Virus record (IMG/VR): IMGVR_UViG_3300036945_000814 | Location: 32,001-96,000 of that record | Length of the DNA: 64,000 nt | Origin: a virus | Reading direction: 5' to 3' (one strand) | Part shown: in pieces, positions 35,214 to 45,324 of the stretch | How the letters are laid out: every line of letters starts with the position of its first letter | Numbering within the stretch: the first letter of the stretch is position 1 | Notes under the pieces: model-generated | Databases searched by the model: none | Seen by the model: only the letters and a program-made list of their open reading frames with translations | Told to the model about the DNA's origin: nothing | Made by a program: the position numbers and the translations under genes

Positions 35214-35686
35214 TGCCCCGCACACCCGATCGCAGGCCGGGGGCGCTTGAGGAGGATGAGGAGATCCGCCTCGGCGCAAACGCCGTGCCCCCGACAGTGC
35301 CCGGCGCCGTCAGCTTTGACGGCTCCGCCTTCCAGTTTCGCGACGCCGCCGGCATCTTCGACCCGCGATCGAGCGCAGGCGTCTCCGAGGCCGCGCACAA
35401 GGCGCTGCTCCAGCTCATTCACTTCATCGACGAAGGCCCCGCCGAAGGCTTTGCCTCCGGTGCTACGCGCACGACGACGGGCACCGTGTTCCCGTCGCAG
35501 GTTCTTTGGCGCCGCGCCGACAACACCAAGCTCGTCGAGCAGAACGTCACATGGACGGGCGCGAAAGCGACGACGGTGGAATGGAAGGTCTACGCCGCCG
35601 ACGGCACCACCGTTCTCGCCACGGTGACAGACACGATCACCTACAGCGGCGCGTTTGAGACGAGTAGAACGCGGGCAATCGCATGA
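35213..35686 (+). CDS. Hypothetical virion protein
   Basis: GGAGG RBS and TAGTG coupling (start VPRTPD) inside track ORF 34829-35686. Confidence 0.7.
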   Translation: MPRTPDRRPGALEEDEEIRLGANAVPPTVPGAVSFDGSAFQFRDAAGIFDPRSSAGVSEAAHKALLQLIHFIDEGPAEGFASGATRTTTGTVFPSQVLWRRADNTKLVEQNVTWTGAKATTVEWKVYAADGTTVLATVTDTITYSGAFETSRTRAIA

Positions 35687-36567
35687 GCAACCTGTCGCCC
35701 GCCTCGATCCTGTACGACTCCGCTGGCGTCGAGAAGGGCACGGGCGCGAACCCCGTGCGCACCGACCCCACGGGCACCACGACGCAGCCCGTGAGCGCGG
35801 CCAGCCTCCCGTTGCCCGTGGGCGCTGCCACCGAAGCCACGGCGCTCACGCTGCTCACGCAGGCCGACTTCGCCGCGCGTACGGGCGCCGTCACGGCAAG
35901 CCCCGCCGCAAACACGGTGCTCGCCCGCCTCAAGGACATCGTCGACACGCTCGTCGCGCGCCTCGGCACCCTCGGGCAGAAGGCGATGGGCGCGTCGACA
36001 CCCGTGGTGATCGCCAGCGATCAGACGCCGGTGCTTGTGCGCGGGTTTGACGAGCCGACGTTTGTTGTCGTTGCTGCCGGAGTCGTGATCGGCAACGGCA
36101 AGTCGATGCTCTCGCTATTCAGCACGGGCACCAACCCCATCCGCTTGCGCGAGCTGTGGCTGATCAACGCGCAGACGATCGCCGTCACCGGCGTCGTCGG
36201 CGAGTTCCAGATCCGTCGCATGACCGCGCACAGCGCGGGCACCGACCTCACGACGAGCCTGCGTACGCACGACACCACCGACACAATCCCCGCCACGCTG
36301 ACCGCGCGCACAGGCGCGACCCTCGTGGGAGAGGACACCGTGTCGCTCTTTCGGCGCCTGATTTCCACGGACGAGTACGGCACCGGATCCCTCGACGTCG
36401 AGGCGAGCGACCACGCACAGGCCAACCACCGCCCCGTGTACCGGGCGGCGACGCCCGCGAAACCGATCACCATCCGCAACGGGCAGGGGATCTCTGTGCG
36501 GTTCAACACCAACAGCACAGCGGGGGCGTTTGACGTCGTCGCCGTGCTGACAGAAGCGGTACCCTGA
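35683..36567 (+). CDS. Putative virion fibre/decoration protein
   Basis: ATGA coupling; LPLPVGAATEAT...LGQKAMGASTPVVIASDQ fibre-like motifs. Confidence 0.75.
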   Translation: MSNLSPASILYDSAGVEKGTGANPVRTDPTGTTTQPVSAASLPLPVGAATEATALTLLTQADFAARTGAVTASPAANTVLARLKDIVDTLVARLGTLGQKAMGASTPVVIASDQTPVLVRGFDEPTFVVVAAGVVIGNGKSMLSLFSTGTNPIRLRELWLINAQTIAVTGVVGEFQIRRMTAHSAGTDLTTSLRTHDTTDTIPATLTARTGATLVGEDTVSLFRRLISTDEYGTGSLDVEASDHAQANHRPVYRAATPAKPITIRNGQGISVRFNTNSTAGAFDVVAVLTEAVP

Positions 36568-37028
36568 TGGCTGCCCCAAAGAACACCGACGGTGTCCCGA
36601 TCACGGCGCCCACCTTCCTCTTCGCCAGCGAGCAGGCGCGCTTGGAGGGCTACAGCCTGACGTGCGAGCCGGCATCGACCACGATCCTCGACGTCGAGGT
36701 GACGTCGCAGATGCTCGTGCAGGGCGGGCAGTTTTGGATCATGGACGGCGTCGTCGGCGACAAGGCGCAGTTTGCCGTCGTCGACAAAAACGACGTGCTC
36801 GGGCTCCACACGCAGCTCGGTCTTCCCCTCGGCACGCCCATCGAGCTTGTGCGGTACGTCAAAAACTACGCCGTGCCGACGGCGGCGCTGTGGCGCGAAG
36901 AGATCATCATGCCGACGGTGGCGCCCGTCGCGCCCGGCCTCTTCCTCCGCGCCATCTATGAGGCCGTCGCAGGTGGCAGCACGCGGCGGCTCGGCACCCT
37001 CTACCGCTGGTACATCGGAGGCGCATGA
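36567..37028 (+). CDS. Hypothetical virion protein
   Basis: TGATG coupling. Confidence 0.7.
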   Translation: MAAPKNTDGVPITAPTFLFASEQARLEGYSLTCEPASTTILDVEVTSQMLVQGGQFWIMDGVVGDKAQFAVVDKNDVLGLHTQLGLPLGTPIELVRYVKNYAVPTAALWREEIIMPTVAPVAPGLFLRAIYEAVAGGSTRRLGTLYRWYIGGA

Positions 37029-37189
37029 TGGATCCCGTGATCAAGGTCATCGAGGTCGGCTCGAACGGCGTTGCATCCGACAAGTCGGGAGCTGCCATCC
37101 CCAAGGTGCGGGCCACCGACACACTCACACCGCAGGAGGTCGAAGCCCTCATCAAGCAGAGGCAGAAGCCCAAGCCCGGCGCGCCGTAG
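37025..37189 (+). CDS. Small hypothetical protein (54 aa, not in ORF track)
   Basis: GGAGG RBS, ATGA coupling; MMDPVIKVIEVG...KPKPGAP then TAG. Confidence 0.6.
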   Translation: MMDPVIKVIEVGSNGVASDKSGAAIPKVRATDTLTPQEVEALIKQRQKPKPGAP

Positions 37190-37224
37190 TACAACTGTGC
37201 AGGCGTCTCGCCGGAAAGGTTCGC

Positions 37225-37473
37225 ATGGCCGAGCTACTTGATCTTCTCATGCGCGGCGGCCCGTGGACCCTGCTTCTGGCGGCCGGGTTCACCATTCGCT
37301 TCCTCTTCATCGAAATGCGCCGACGCGACCTTGAGCACGCCGCGCAGACGCAGGCGCTCAACGACCGCATCGTCGCCAGCGTCGAAAAGCAGATCCCGCT
37401 CTTGCAGGCATCAAACGAGCAGAGCCGCAAGCTCGTCGACGCGCTCACGCGCATGGAGGAACAACACCGATGA
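37225..37473 (+). CDS. Putative holin-like single-TM coiled-coil protein
   Basis: AAAGG RBS; GGPWTLLLAAGFTIRFLFI hydrophobic helix then coiled coil, like BhlA/UviB-type holins. Confidence 0.55.
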   Translation: MAELLDLLMRGGPWTLLLAAGFTIRFLFIEMRRRDLEHAAQTQALNDRIVASVEKQIPLLQASNEQSRKLVDALTRMEEQHR

Positions 37474-37883
37474 TGAGCCTTTTCCGCAAGAAGCCGAAGA
37501 ACGTCGAGGCGAAGAAAAGCCCATTCGACGATTCTTCCACCTTGGGATCCATCCTGCTCCGCATGGGCAAGCTCACACGCGAGCAGCTTCACCGCGCCGT
37601 CGGGGTGCAGGCCCGCGCCGATGAGTTCCTGCTCGGCGCCCTCCTCGTCGATCAGGGCGCGGTGTCACAGGGCGACGTGGCGAAAGCCCTTGAGATCCAA
37701 CATCAACTTCGCACAGGCTCCGGCGCTGACGCCGAGCTGTCCCTGCTCGAAACGGCGATGGACGAGGCGACCGAGGCGAACATCGCCCTCGCCGCGGCCA
37801 TCGAACGTCGGAAGCAAGGGCAGCGCCGCCGGGGCGAGAACACGGGGCTCTTTCTCGTCCCCCCGAGACTGCGCACCGCATGA
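37470..37883 (+). CDS. MshEN-like domain protein
   Basis: Two tandem 24-aa motifs, TLGSILLRMGKLTREQLHRAVGVQ and LLGALLVDQGAVSQGDVAKALEIQ, fit the MshEN pattern RLGxxLLxxGLIxxxxLxxxLxxQ except for the Arg. Confidence 0.8.
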   Translation: MMSLFRKKPKNVEAKKSPFDDSSTLGSILLRMGKLTREQLHRAVGVQARADEFLLGALLVDQGAVSQGDVAKALEIQHQLRTGSGADAELSLLETAMDEATEANIALAAAIERRKQGQRRRGENTGLFLVPPRLRTA

Positions 37884-38392
37884 TCCTCGGCACCGTCGGC
37901 AAGCCCTTGCTGCTTGAGCTTGTGCTCGCCGACCGTGCCGGCGGGAAGTTCCCGCGCGCCCGCATCATCGACACCGTCGGCGCGCAGATCGGAAGCCCCA
38001 TCGACCTCGTCGGCGCTCCGGCATGGACGGGGCTCTATCAGGGCTCGTGGGCGCTCCCTGCGGCCGGGCACTACTCGGTGGTCTTCGAGACGTACAACGA
38101 CGCGCTGCACACGCTCCCGACCGACCACGAGCCCGGCGTCGAGCACGTCCGCATCGTCTCCGACTTCGAGCTGTCGCTGCTCAAGCTGCTCGCCCACCAA
38201 GGCGAGAACGTGCGCGACACCATGATCACCCCCGACCCGGCCACAGGCCGCCCGATCACAGCTCGGCGCAAGCTCTACGCCACCAAGGCCGACGCGCTGG
38301 CCGACGTGAACGTGGTCGCCACCATCGACGTAGCCGCCAGCTACCCCGGCCCCCTGACGTGGACCGAGCTTGTGCGGGTGCTCACGCCATGA
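37880..38392 (+). CDS. Hypothetical virion protein (Ig-like)
   Basis: ATGA coupling; GLYQGSW...GHYSVVF strand pattern. Confidence 0.7.
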   Translation: MILGTVGKPLLLELVLADRAGGKFPRARIIDTVGAQIGSPIDLVGAPAWTGLYQGSWALPAAGHYSVVFETYNDALHTLPTDHEPGVEHVRIVSDFELSLLKLLAHQGENVRDTMITPDPATGRPITARRKLYATKADALADVNVVATIDVAASYPGPLTWTELVRVLTP

Positions 38393-38673
38393 GCACAGGC
38401 CCGAGCCCCCTCATGACCGGCGGGTGGATTCCCGACCAAGACGCGGGATCCGTGGTCACCCTGCTCGTTTCCGAGCGCGTGACCGGCGCCGTGGGTGGGG
38501 ATACGCTCATCGGGGCGGCGCTTGTCGCCCCTCGCCTGTCGGGTGCCGTGTCGTCTGACACTTCGCTCGGCGGCGTGGTATCCGAGGGCCGGGTGTCGGG
38601 CGCTGTGCGCGACGACCGGCTCACCGCGCGGATCGTGAGCCTGCGGGCCACCGCGCGGATCAAGGAGTGCTGA
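38389..38673 (+). CDS. Hypothetical protein with short beta repeats
   Basis: ATGA coupling (start MSTGPS); repeated R[VL][ST]GAV. Confidence 0.6.
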   Translation: MSTGPSPLMTGGWIPDQDAGSVVTLLVSERVTGAVGGDTLIGAALVAPRLSGAVSSDTSLGGVVSEGRVSGAVRDDRLTARIVSLRATARIKEC

Positions 38674-38676
38674 CGA

Positions 38677-39333
38677 ATGGCAACGAAGGCGCCTGCGATC
38701 GTGGACATCGAGCTTGTTCGAGGCGACTCGGACGACATCCTCGTCACGATCACTGACGACGCCTCGCCCACGCCGAACCTCATCGATCTGTCCCTCGCCA
38801 CCGACGGCACCGCCGGCCGGCCGGCCATCGTCCGCTTCGCGGTCAAAAAAGATCCGAGCAAAGAGCTGAATCTCAAGGCCGCGGTGCTCAAGCTGTCCTA
38901 CGACGCGAGCGAGATCGAGATCCTTTCCCAAGCCACGCCGTCGACGCGCGGCCAATGCAGGGTGAAGCTCGACAAGCCCGACACGTCCGACAACAAGGCC
39001 GGCGCCTACTCGTGGGATCTGGAGGTCACGCGACAAGACGTGCTCCGACCCGGTGCCAGCGTGGGCACGTTGGCCCTTGCGGCAGGAAACGCCGTGCCAA
39101 TCGGCACAGGCACGTCGATCACCAAGGCCAAGGTCGGCGACGTCGTGCAGATCACGAGCGGAGCCAACCTCGGCCTCGCGTCGCTGATCACAAAGATCAC
39201 CTCGGCGACGTCGTTCGAGACGGAGCGTGTGTGGGAAAACACAGACCCGAGCGCGACGTTTGAGATCCGAAGAGGCAAGAGCAAGACCGCCGTGCGCGGC
39301 GTCTTCACGCTCGTGCAGGACGTGGTGCTGTAG
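38677..39333 (+). CDS. BppU-N-like Ig-fold virion protein
   Basis: AAGGAG RBS; DIELVRGDS...AYSWDLEV...GVFTLVQDV pattern. Confidence 0.7.
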   Translation: MATKAPAIVDIELVRGDSDDILVTITDDASPTPNLIDLSLATDGTAGRPAIVRFAVKKDPSKELNLKAAVLKLSYDASEIEILSQATPSTRGQCRVKLDKPDTSDNKAGAYSWDLEVTRQDVLRPGASVGTLALAAGNAVPIGTGTSITKAKVGDVVQITSGANLGLASLITKITSATSFETERVWENTDPSATFEIRRGKSKTAVRGVFTLVQDVVL

Positions 39334-40370
39334 TGGCTTTCCAGCAGACGATGAGGGTCTATTTCTACTCGAACACGCCCGCGGCGCTGCTCACGAGCGG
39401 CTTCAACCGCATCCGCGTGCAGAGAAGCACCGACCGCGGCACGACGTGGGAAGACCTCACCGACGACACAACGGATCTCGTCATCGAGGCCACGCGGTTC
39501 AACTATTGGTTCAACGTCGACGGCGTGGTCGACTCGACCGACTACTTCCGCCCCGTGCTTCATGCCGTCTCGGGCATTCCCGCCGACTCGCCGCAAGCGC
39601 CGACCCAAGCCATCGACACGACGTTCGAGGCTGTGCTCACGATCGAATCGCTCAAGGCGGTCTACCTCTACGGCATCAACCTCACCGAAGACACGGGCGC
39701 CCCCTATCCCGACGAGCTTTACGCCCACTACATCCGGCAGGCGATCGACCTCACCGAACGCGAGCTGGACATCAAGCTCACGCCCACGAAGATTGTCGGC
39801 GAGCGGTACGACTTCTATCGCCGCGACTACTCCAACTTCGCCTTCTTGCAGCTCCGCGAGTACCCGGTGCTTTCCGTCGAGAGGTACGCGCTTCAATACC
39901 CCGGAGCGCAGAACACGATCATCGAGTTCGACAAGGATTGGATCCAAGTCGACAAGAGCGCAGGACACTTGCAGGTGTACCCATCGACGGGCATCTACAC
40001 CAACGCCTTCATCGCCAGCGGGGGCGGGTTCCTGCCCCTCATCTACGGCGGCGCCGACTACCTGCCGAACCTCATCGTCGTCGACTACACGGCTGGGTTC
40101 GAGCTTGGGAAGCTCCCGCCGGGCATCCTTGAGATCGTGGGCAAGAAGGCGAGCACAGGCCCGCTCAACACCGCAGGCGACCTCATCGCCGGTGCCGGCA
40201 TCGCGACCAAGAGCTTGTCGATCGACGGCCTTTCACAGTCCGTCGGCACCACCTCGTCGGCGACGAACGCCGGTTACGGCGCTCGCCTGATCCAATATGA
40301 GAAGGAAGTCAAAACGCAGATGAAGCTCATGCGCGCCTATCTCAAGGGGAACCGCCTCACGGCGGTCTGA
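39333..40370 (+). CDS. Head-tail adaptor (neck) protein
   Basis: IRQAIDLTERELDI, VDYTAGF, IAGAGIATKSLSIDGLSQS motifs typical of Twort-like neck proteins. Confidence 0.8.
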   Translation: MAFQQTMRVYFYSNTPAALLTSGFNRIRVQRSTDRGTTWEDLTDDTTDLVIEATRFNYWFNVDGVVDSTDYFRPVLHAVSGIPADSPQAPTQAIDTTFEAVLTIESLKAVYLYGINLTEDTGAPYPDELYAHYIRQAIDLTERELDIKLTPTKIVGERYDFYRRDYSNFAFLQLREYPVLSVERYALQYPGAQNTIIEFDKDWIQVDKSAGHLQVYPSTGIYTNAFIASGGGFLPLIYGGADYLPNLIVVDYTAGFELGKLPPGILEIVGKKASTGPLNTAGDLIAGAGIATKSLSIDGLSQSVGTTSSATNAGYGARLIQYEKEVKTQMKLMRAYLKGNRLTAV

Positions 40371-40373
40371 GCG

Positions 40374-41171
40374 ATGGCAACGCGCTTTCTCGGGCCACAG
40401 AAACCGCGTGTCGACTTCGAGCGAAGCGACTTCGATCGGCTCATCCGCGAGAAGGGCTATCGCATCATGTGGCAGGCCGCCGAGCTGTGCCCCTGCCGTC
40501 TCAACAGCGACACCGATCAGCCCGATCCAAGCTGCCCGATCTGTGACGCCTCCGGCTACGTCTACACGTTCCCTGACCCCGCCGAGAAAGAGCTTGAGGA
40601 CTACACGCGCGAGGTGCCGCCGTTCCAGTCGACGCCGACGGAGCGCGCGACGCAAGGGATCATGACGTCGATGACGCATGACCCGCAGATTTTCGAGAAG
40701 TTTGGCGAGTGGCTGCTCGGCACCGCGGCGCTGACGACGTTCTCGTGGAACAAGGTCGGGTTCCGAGATCGATTCAAGGTGTTGGACCACACGCAGGTCT
40801 ACCGGCAGGTTCTCGTCGTCCCGCCGTCGCAGATTGTGCCCGTGAAGCGCGCCGCGCGAGCTTCGCTGCGCTACCCCGTCGTCCGTCTCCGCCGCGTCTT
40901 CGCCGTGACGGCGGCCGGCGTGTCCGTCGACTACACGGAATCGACGACGATCCAAGACGACGGGTCGCTGCTCGTGACGGCGCCGCCGGGCACCCGCCTG
41001 TCGATCAGCTACGAAATGAACCCGGTGTGGATCGTCGTCGACTATCCGCACATCCTGCGGGGCACGCTCATCCGCTTCAAGACCACGAAGATCCTCGGCG
41101 ACAACGAAGTGCTGCCGATTCAGGCGATGGTCAAGCTCGACTACCTCTTGTCGGAAGGCAAAGAGCTGTGA
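40374..41171 (+). CDS. Neck/head-closure protein with Cys cluster
   Basis: WQAAELCPC...PDPSCPICDASG, as in Twort-like neck proteins. Confidence 0.75.
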   Translation: MATRFLGPQKPRVDFERSDFDRLIREKGYRIMWQAAELCPCRLNSDTDQPDPSCPICDASGYVYTFPDPAEKELEDYTREVPPFQSTPTERATQGIMTSMTHDPQIFEKFGEWLLGTAALTTFSWNKVGFRDRFKVLDHTQVYRQVLVVPPSQIVPVKRAARASLRYPVVRLRRVFAVTAAGVSVDYTESTTIQDDGSLLVTAPPGTRLSISYEMNPVWIVVDYPHILRGTLIRFKTTKILGDNEVLPIQAMVKLDYLLSEGKEL

Positions 41172-42058
41172 TCACCGAGATCAGCGTCGACGCCTTTGTG
41201 CCCCCCGGACTTGTCGCGCAGCTCGACGAGGGCGCCGCACGCGCCGTGGTCCGCGACATCGCCGCGGCTGCGCGCGCGAAATGGATCTCGCTGGCAGGCG
41301 AGCACCTTCGGCGGACGGAGCAGGACTACACGCGCGGGATTCAGCCGGTCGTCTTCGGCCAAGGCGGCATCATCGTCGCCAGCATCACGCTGCTCGGCGC
41401 GTGGCCGAACATGCTTGAGGCGGGGTTTCCCCCCTTCGACATGCGCACCACCCTCCTCGGCTCCAGCGTCCCCATCGTGCCGCGCGGCCAACGGGGCAAG
41501 CACGCGGCCAAGGGCGGCGGCTTCTACCGCACCATCGCCTTTCGCATGACGGGTCCGTCGTCGACCGGCCGGAACGCCCAACGGGTCACCGACGTCTACG
41601 CCAAGCAGCTCGGCGCCGAGCGCGCGAAGAAGCTCGGGCGGGTCGCGTGGAAGGCGATGGGGGATCTCAACAAGAACCCGAGCACGTCGAACCCCGGCGA
41701 GAAGACGCGCCACGGCGCGCGGCTCAAGACGGAGGGCACCGTGCTCGACGTGCGCGGCCACAGCCACAAGCTCATCACGGCCGCGGACGGCTCGACGAGC
41801 ATCATCCGCCACGGCGGGAGGCAGCACGCGGTGCCGCTCTTTGAGGGCGCGATGAAGCACGCGCAGACCTACGCGCGGGCGACGCAGGCGTTCACCGGGA
41901 CCATGCGCACGATCTCGACGAACCAACCCGAGGGATGGATCCACCCCGGCTTCCACGGCGCCCACCTCGTTCCCGAGGTCACGCACTACATCAACCGCGT
42001 CGGGCCAGATATGGTCGCGGCGACGATGGAACGAATCTCGGAGAAGCCCCGTGTTTGA
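41168..42058 (+). CDS. Neck/tail completion protein
   Basis: GTGA coupling (start VITEIS); NMLEAG.PPFDMR...RTIS...WIHPG pattern. Confidence 0.7.
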   Translation: MITEISVDAFVPPGLVAQLDEGAARAVVRDIAAAARAKWISLAGEHLRRTEQDYTRGIQPVVFGQGGIIVASITLLGAWPNMLEAGFPPFDMRTTLLGSSVPIVPRGQRGKHAAKGGGFYRTIAFRMTGPSSTGRNAQRVTDVYAKQLGAERAKKLGRVAWKAMGDLNKNPSTSNPGEKTRHGARLKTEGTVLDVRGHSHKLITAADGSTSIIRHGGRQHAVPLFEGAMKHAQTYARATQAFTGTMRTISTNQPEGWIHPGFHGAHLVPEVTHYINRVGPDMVAATMERISEKPRV

Positions 42059-42746
42059 GCGTGCGCTGCACCGCGTGATCGAGGAAGGGCTCGCCGTGCT
42101 CGACGCGACGCCGCCCCTGCTCGCGCGCTTCCTGCGCGCCCCCGGATGGACCGACGACGAGGTCGCCCGCATCGTCGCCTTCTGGCAGACCGAAGGCGGC
42201 CACCCGAGCATCGTCCACAACTACGCGCGGGCGGCCGCGTCGCTCCCCTGCTACGCCATCGTGCTCATGAGCGAGACGGAGACGGATGACTACCTCGGGC
42301 ATTCCGAGGGCGCCGTCATGCTCGACGAGGTCACGCAGCTCATGGCGGAGATCGAGGCGGAGATCGGCCGCCGCGTCAACGTCAACATCCGCGGCTTGCA
42401 GTTCACCTTTCAGATTTTCGTCTACACCGAGAACCCCGACGTCACCGCGGCGTACTTCAACGTGCTGCGATCCATCTTCCTCGGCGCGAACAAGAAGCTG
42501 CTCGACTTCGGCCTTGAGCGCCCGACGTACAGCGGGATGGATCTTACGCAGATGCCGGCCTACCTGCCGGAGAACGTGTTTGCGCGCGTGCTGCAAGTCG
42601 TGGGCTATGCTCACATCCTGACGGCGACCGATCTGGATCTGACCCCTTGGGATCAGCTCTTTTCTCGGATCGAGGGCTTGCACGTCGCCAACGCCGTTGT
42701 CGGCGCCGACGCTCGGGTTCATCCGTTTGCAGAAGGGCAGGAGTGA
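42051..42746 (+). CDS. Putative tail terminator
   Basis: GGAG RBS plus GTG; position before sheath; LPCYAIVLMSETE motif. Confidence 0.65.
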   Translation: MFERALHRVIEEGLAVLDATPPLLARFLRAPGWTDDEVARIVAFWQTEGGHPSIVHNYARAAASLPCYAIVLMSETETDDYLGHSEGAVMLDEVTQLMAEIEAEIGRRVNVNIRGLQFTFQIFVYTENPDVTAAYFNVLRSIFLGANKKLLDFGLERPTYSGMDLTQMPAYLPENVFARVLQVVGYAHILTATDLDLTPWDQLFSRIEGLHVANAVVGADARVHPFAEGQE

Positions 42747-42748
42747 TC

Positions 42749-43042
42749 ATGGCGCGACGAGACAAGCCCGAAGAGAACGAGCCGGCCGCGGAGCCCGAAG
42801 CCGCTCCCGCGGCGCCCGTGTCGCATGTGCTCGTCGGAGCTGCCGCGCACGACCCTCTCGCCCACCGAGAGCAGGCCGGCCCGTCGCTCCTCACCGCGGC
42901 GACGTGGGCCGCGGCCAAGAAGCTGCGCGCGGTCGACATCGCCGGCTTCCTCATGTGGACGAAGGCGAACGCGCCCGATCTCCTCTCCGCCGATGAGTGG
43001 GCCACCACCCTCGCGACGTTCCAGCAGACCCCCATCAAGTAG
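42749..43042 (+). CDS. Small hypothetical protein preceding sheath
   Basis: AGGAG RBS (start MARRDK). Confidence 0.7.
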   Translation: MARRDKPEENEPAAEPEAAPAAPVSHVLVGAAAHDPLAHREQAGPSLLTAATWAAAKKLRAVDIAGFLMWTKANAPDLLSADEWATTLATFQQTPIK

Positions 43043-43050
43043 GAGCCCCC

Positions 43051-45324
43051 ATGCCGGCCACGCAGCTCTTTTTCAACGGTCGTCTCACCCCCCGTCCCGG
43101 CGCCTACAGCAAGGTCGACGCCTCGGGCTTCGACTCCGCTGGCCTCGGTGCCAGCGGCATCATCGCGCTGCTCGGCGAGAGCGTGGGCGGCAAGCCCTAC
43201 ACGGCCGTCGAGATCCCGCGCGACGACTTGCAGCGCGCATCGAACACGGGGCAGGTGAAGCGCCTGTTTCGCTCGGGCGATCTGCTCGAAATGTCGCTGC
43301 CCATGTTCACGCCGGCGAAAGACCCTGAGATCCAAGCCGGAGCGCAGCAGGTCGTCTTCGTCAAGGTGAATCCGGCCACGCAGTCGCAGGCCGACTTCAA
43401 CAACGCCGACGGCGCCGCCCTCCGCCTCAAGAGCGCCGACTTCGGCGCCTTCACCACGCAGATCAAGGCGACCATCGCGAACGCCACGAGCGGCGTCGGC
43501 AAGCTCGTCACCCTCAACTTCGAGGACACGACCGAGACGTTCGATCTGCTCGGGAACATCGCCAAGTTCTCGCTCACCTACAACGGCGGCGCCGACGGTG
43601 CGACGGCCGTGCGAGCCAACACGCTCGCCACCGGCATCACGATCGAGTTCGACCGATCCGACCTCGGCCAAGACACGGCCGTCGTGCAGGCGCCCGCGGC
43701 AAGCGCGCTTGAGCTTGTGTCGTCCTCCGCGGGCGACACCACGCAAACCGCGACCGTCTACGGCCTCAACGGCAGCAACGTGCCCACGATCGCCGTCGTG
43801 CCGCTCACGGGCACCGTCGCCGCGGCGCTCGCGGGAACGTGGAACCTCGTGACGGCCATCGTCCTGTCGGCCGTCGCCGTGGGAACGGTCACCCTCCGCA
43901 TCGGCGGCGCCGGCGCCACCGTTGTCACGCTGTCGCCCGGACAGGTGAACAAGGGCCGCGTCACGCTCGACATCCCGGCTGCCAGCAGCCTCACCGTCGA
44001 AGCGGATGGCGCGACCGTGCGCAAGATCGTCTACCGGGGCCTGACCGCCGCCGGTGCTTCGCTGGCGGAGGTGGCGACGCTCAACGGGACCACCCCGGTC
44101 GCGCTCGCCGGGGCTTTCGCCCGGCTGACCTCGGTCGAGGTGTTGAACGTCGAGACGGCGCGCACGGCGGCCGTCAAGGGGCTCACCATCGACGCCCCGG
44201 TCGCGACCTACCCCAACTTGCAGAAGGCGAAGGACTTGATCTCGGCCAACCCCGACTTCACGTTCACGTCGATCATCGGCAACGCCAAGGACTTCCTCGT
44301 CGCCGACCTCGACTACGTCAGCGACGTCAGCGTGCTCACGCCGACGACGGCGTCGTTCTTCGCCAAGCTCTTTGACATCGTGTCGGAGCTGAACAGCAAG
44401 TCGTCGCTCGTGATCGCGTCTCGTCTCTCGCCCGGCACAGGCGCGCCGACGAACACGGTCGGCGGGGTCTTCCTCGCCGGCGGCGCCGAGAACAGCCCGG
44501 CCAGCGCCGGCGACTGGCAGGCGGCCCTCGACAAGCTCAAGCAGGTGTTCGTCAACACGATCGTGCTCGGCACCGACGACGCCGCTACCCACGCCGCGGG
44601 CGTGGCGCACTGTGCGTTCATGGGCGGCGCGGGCAAGATGGAGCGGGACATCGTCGTCGGCGCCGCGGCCAACGAGACGAAGGCGCAGCTCAAGGCTCGC
44701 GCCCTCGCGCTCAACAGCCGGCACGTCCGTCTCGTCGGGCAAGAGGTGTCGATGTTCAACGCGGCTGGCGAGACGGCGTGGCAGCCGCCGAAGTTTCTCG
44801 CGGGCCTCGTGGCGGCCATGCAGGCGGGCACGTCCGTCGGCAACCCGCTCACGAACAAGTACGTCAACGTCCTCGGCTTCCGCCAGAACGCCACGATCAA
44901 CGGGTGGAACCCGATCGACACGGGCGACGAAATGCTGCTCGCGGGCCTGCACTTCGTGCAGCTCGAAGAGGGCAAGGGCTTCAAGATCGTGCGGAACATC
45001 ACCACGCACCTCGTCGACGACAACCTCGTCTTCGTCGAAGCGTCGATGAACCAAGCGGTCAACTTCGCGGTCTACAACCTGCGCACGCGCATGGAGACGA
45101 TCGTCGGCAAGAAGGGGTTTGCGCGCACCATCAACGCGGCCAAGGCCGCCGCCGACGGCGTGCTCGAAGCCCTCGTGCGCGAGGAGATCATCGCGGCGTA
45201 CAAGAAGCCGGCTTTCGAGCTGGCCCTCGACGTCCTGCGGATGGACGTCGCCCTCGCCGTCATCGCCCCCGTCAACTTCGTCCCGATCACCGTGAACCTC
45301 TACCCCCTGTCGATCACGGCGTAG
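43051..45324 (+). CDS. Contractile tail sheath protein
   Basis: AGGAG RBS; RPGAYSKVDASG, FRSGDLL, LAGG...DWQAALDKL, PLTNK, PVNFVPIT. Confidence 0.93.
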   Translation: MPATQLFFNGRLTPRPGAYSKVDASGFDSAGLGASGIIALLGESVGGKPYTAVEIPRDDLQRASNTGQVKRLFRSGDLLEMSLPMFTPAKDPEIQAGAQQVVFVKVNPATQSQADFNNADGAALRLKSADFGAFTTQIKATIANATSGVGKLVTLNFEDTTETFDLLGNIAKFSLTYNGGADGATAVRANTLATGITIEFDRSDLGQDTAVVQAPAASALELVSSSAGDTTQTATVYGLNGSNVPTIAVVPLTGTVAAALAGTWNLVTAIVLSAVAVGTVTLRIGGAGATVVTLSPGQVNKGRVTLDIPAASSLTVEADGATVRKIVYRGLTAAGASLAEVATLNGTTPVALAGAFARLTSVEVLNVETARTAAVKGLTIDAPVATYPNLQKAKDLISANPDFTFTSIIGNAKDFLVADLDYVSDVSVLTPTTASFFAKLFDIVSELNSKSSLVIASRLSPGTGAPTNTVGGVFLAGGAENSPASAGDWQAALDKLKQVFVNTIVLGTDDAATHAAGVAHCAFMGGAGKMERDIVVGAAANETKAQLKARALALNSRHVRLVGQEVSMFNAAGETAWQPPKFLAGLVAAMQAGTSVGNPLTNKYVNVLGFRQNATINGWNPIDTGDEMLLAGLHFVQLEEGKGFKIVRNITTHLVDDNLVFVEASMNQAVNFAVYNLRTRMETIVGKKGFARTINAAKAAADGVLEALVREEIIAAYKKPAFELALDVLRMDVALAVIAPVNFVPITVNLYPLSITA

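Noticed and set aside
7506-45054. Very long minus-strand ORFs (e.g. 1202, 815, 750, 636, 883 and 836 aa)
   Set aside because: They are antisense shadows of strongly GC3-biased + strand genes, with no recognisable motifs and full overlap with well-supported CDSs.
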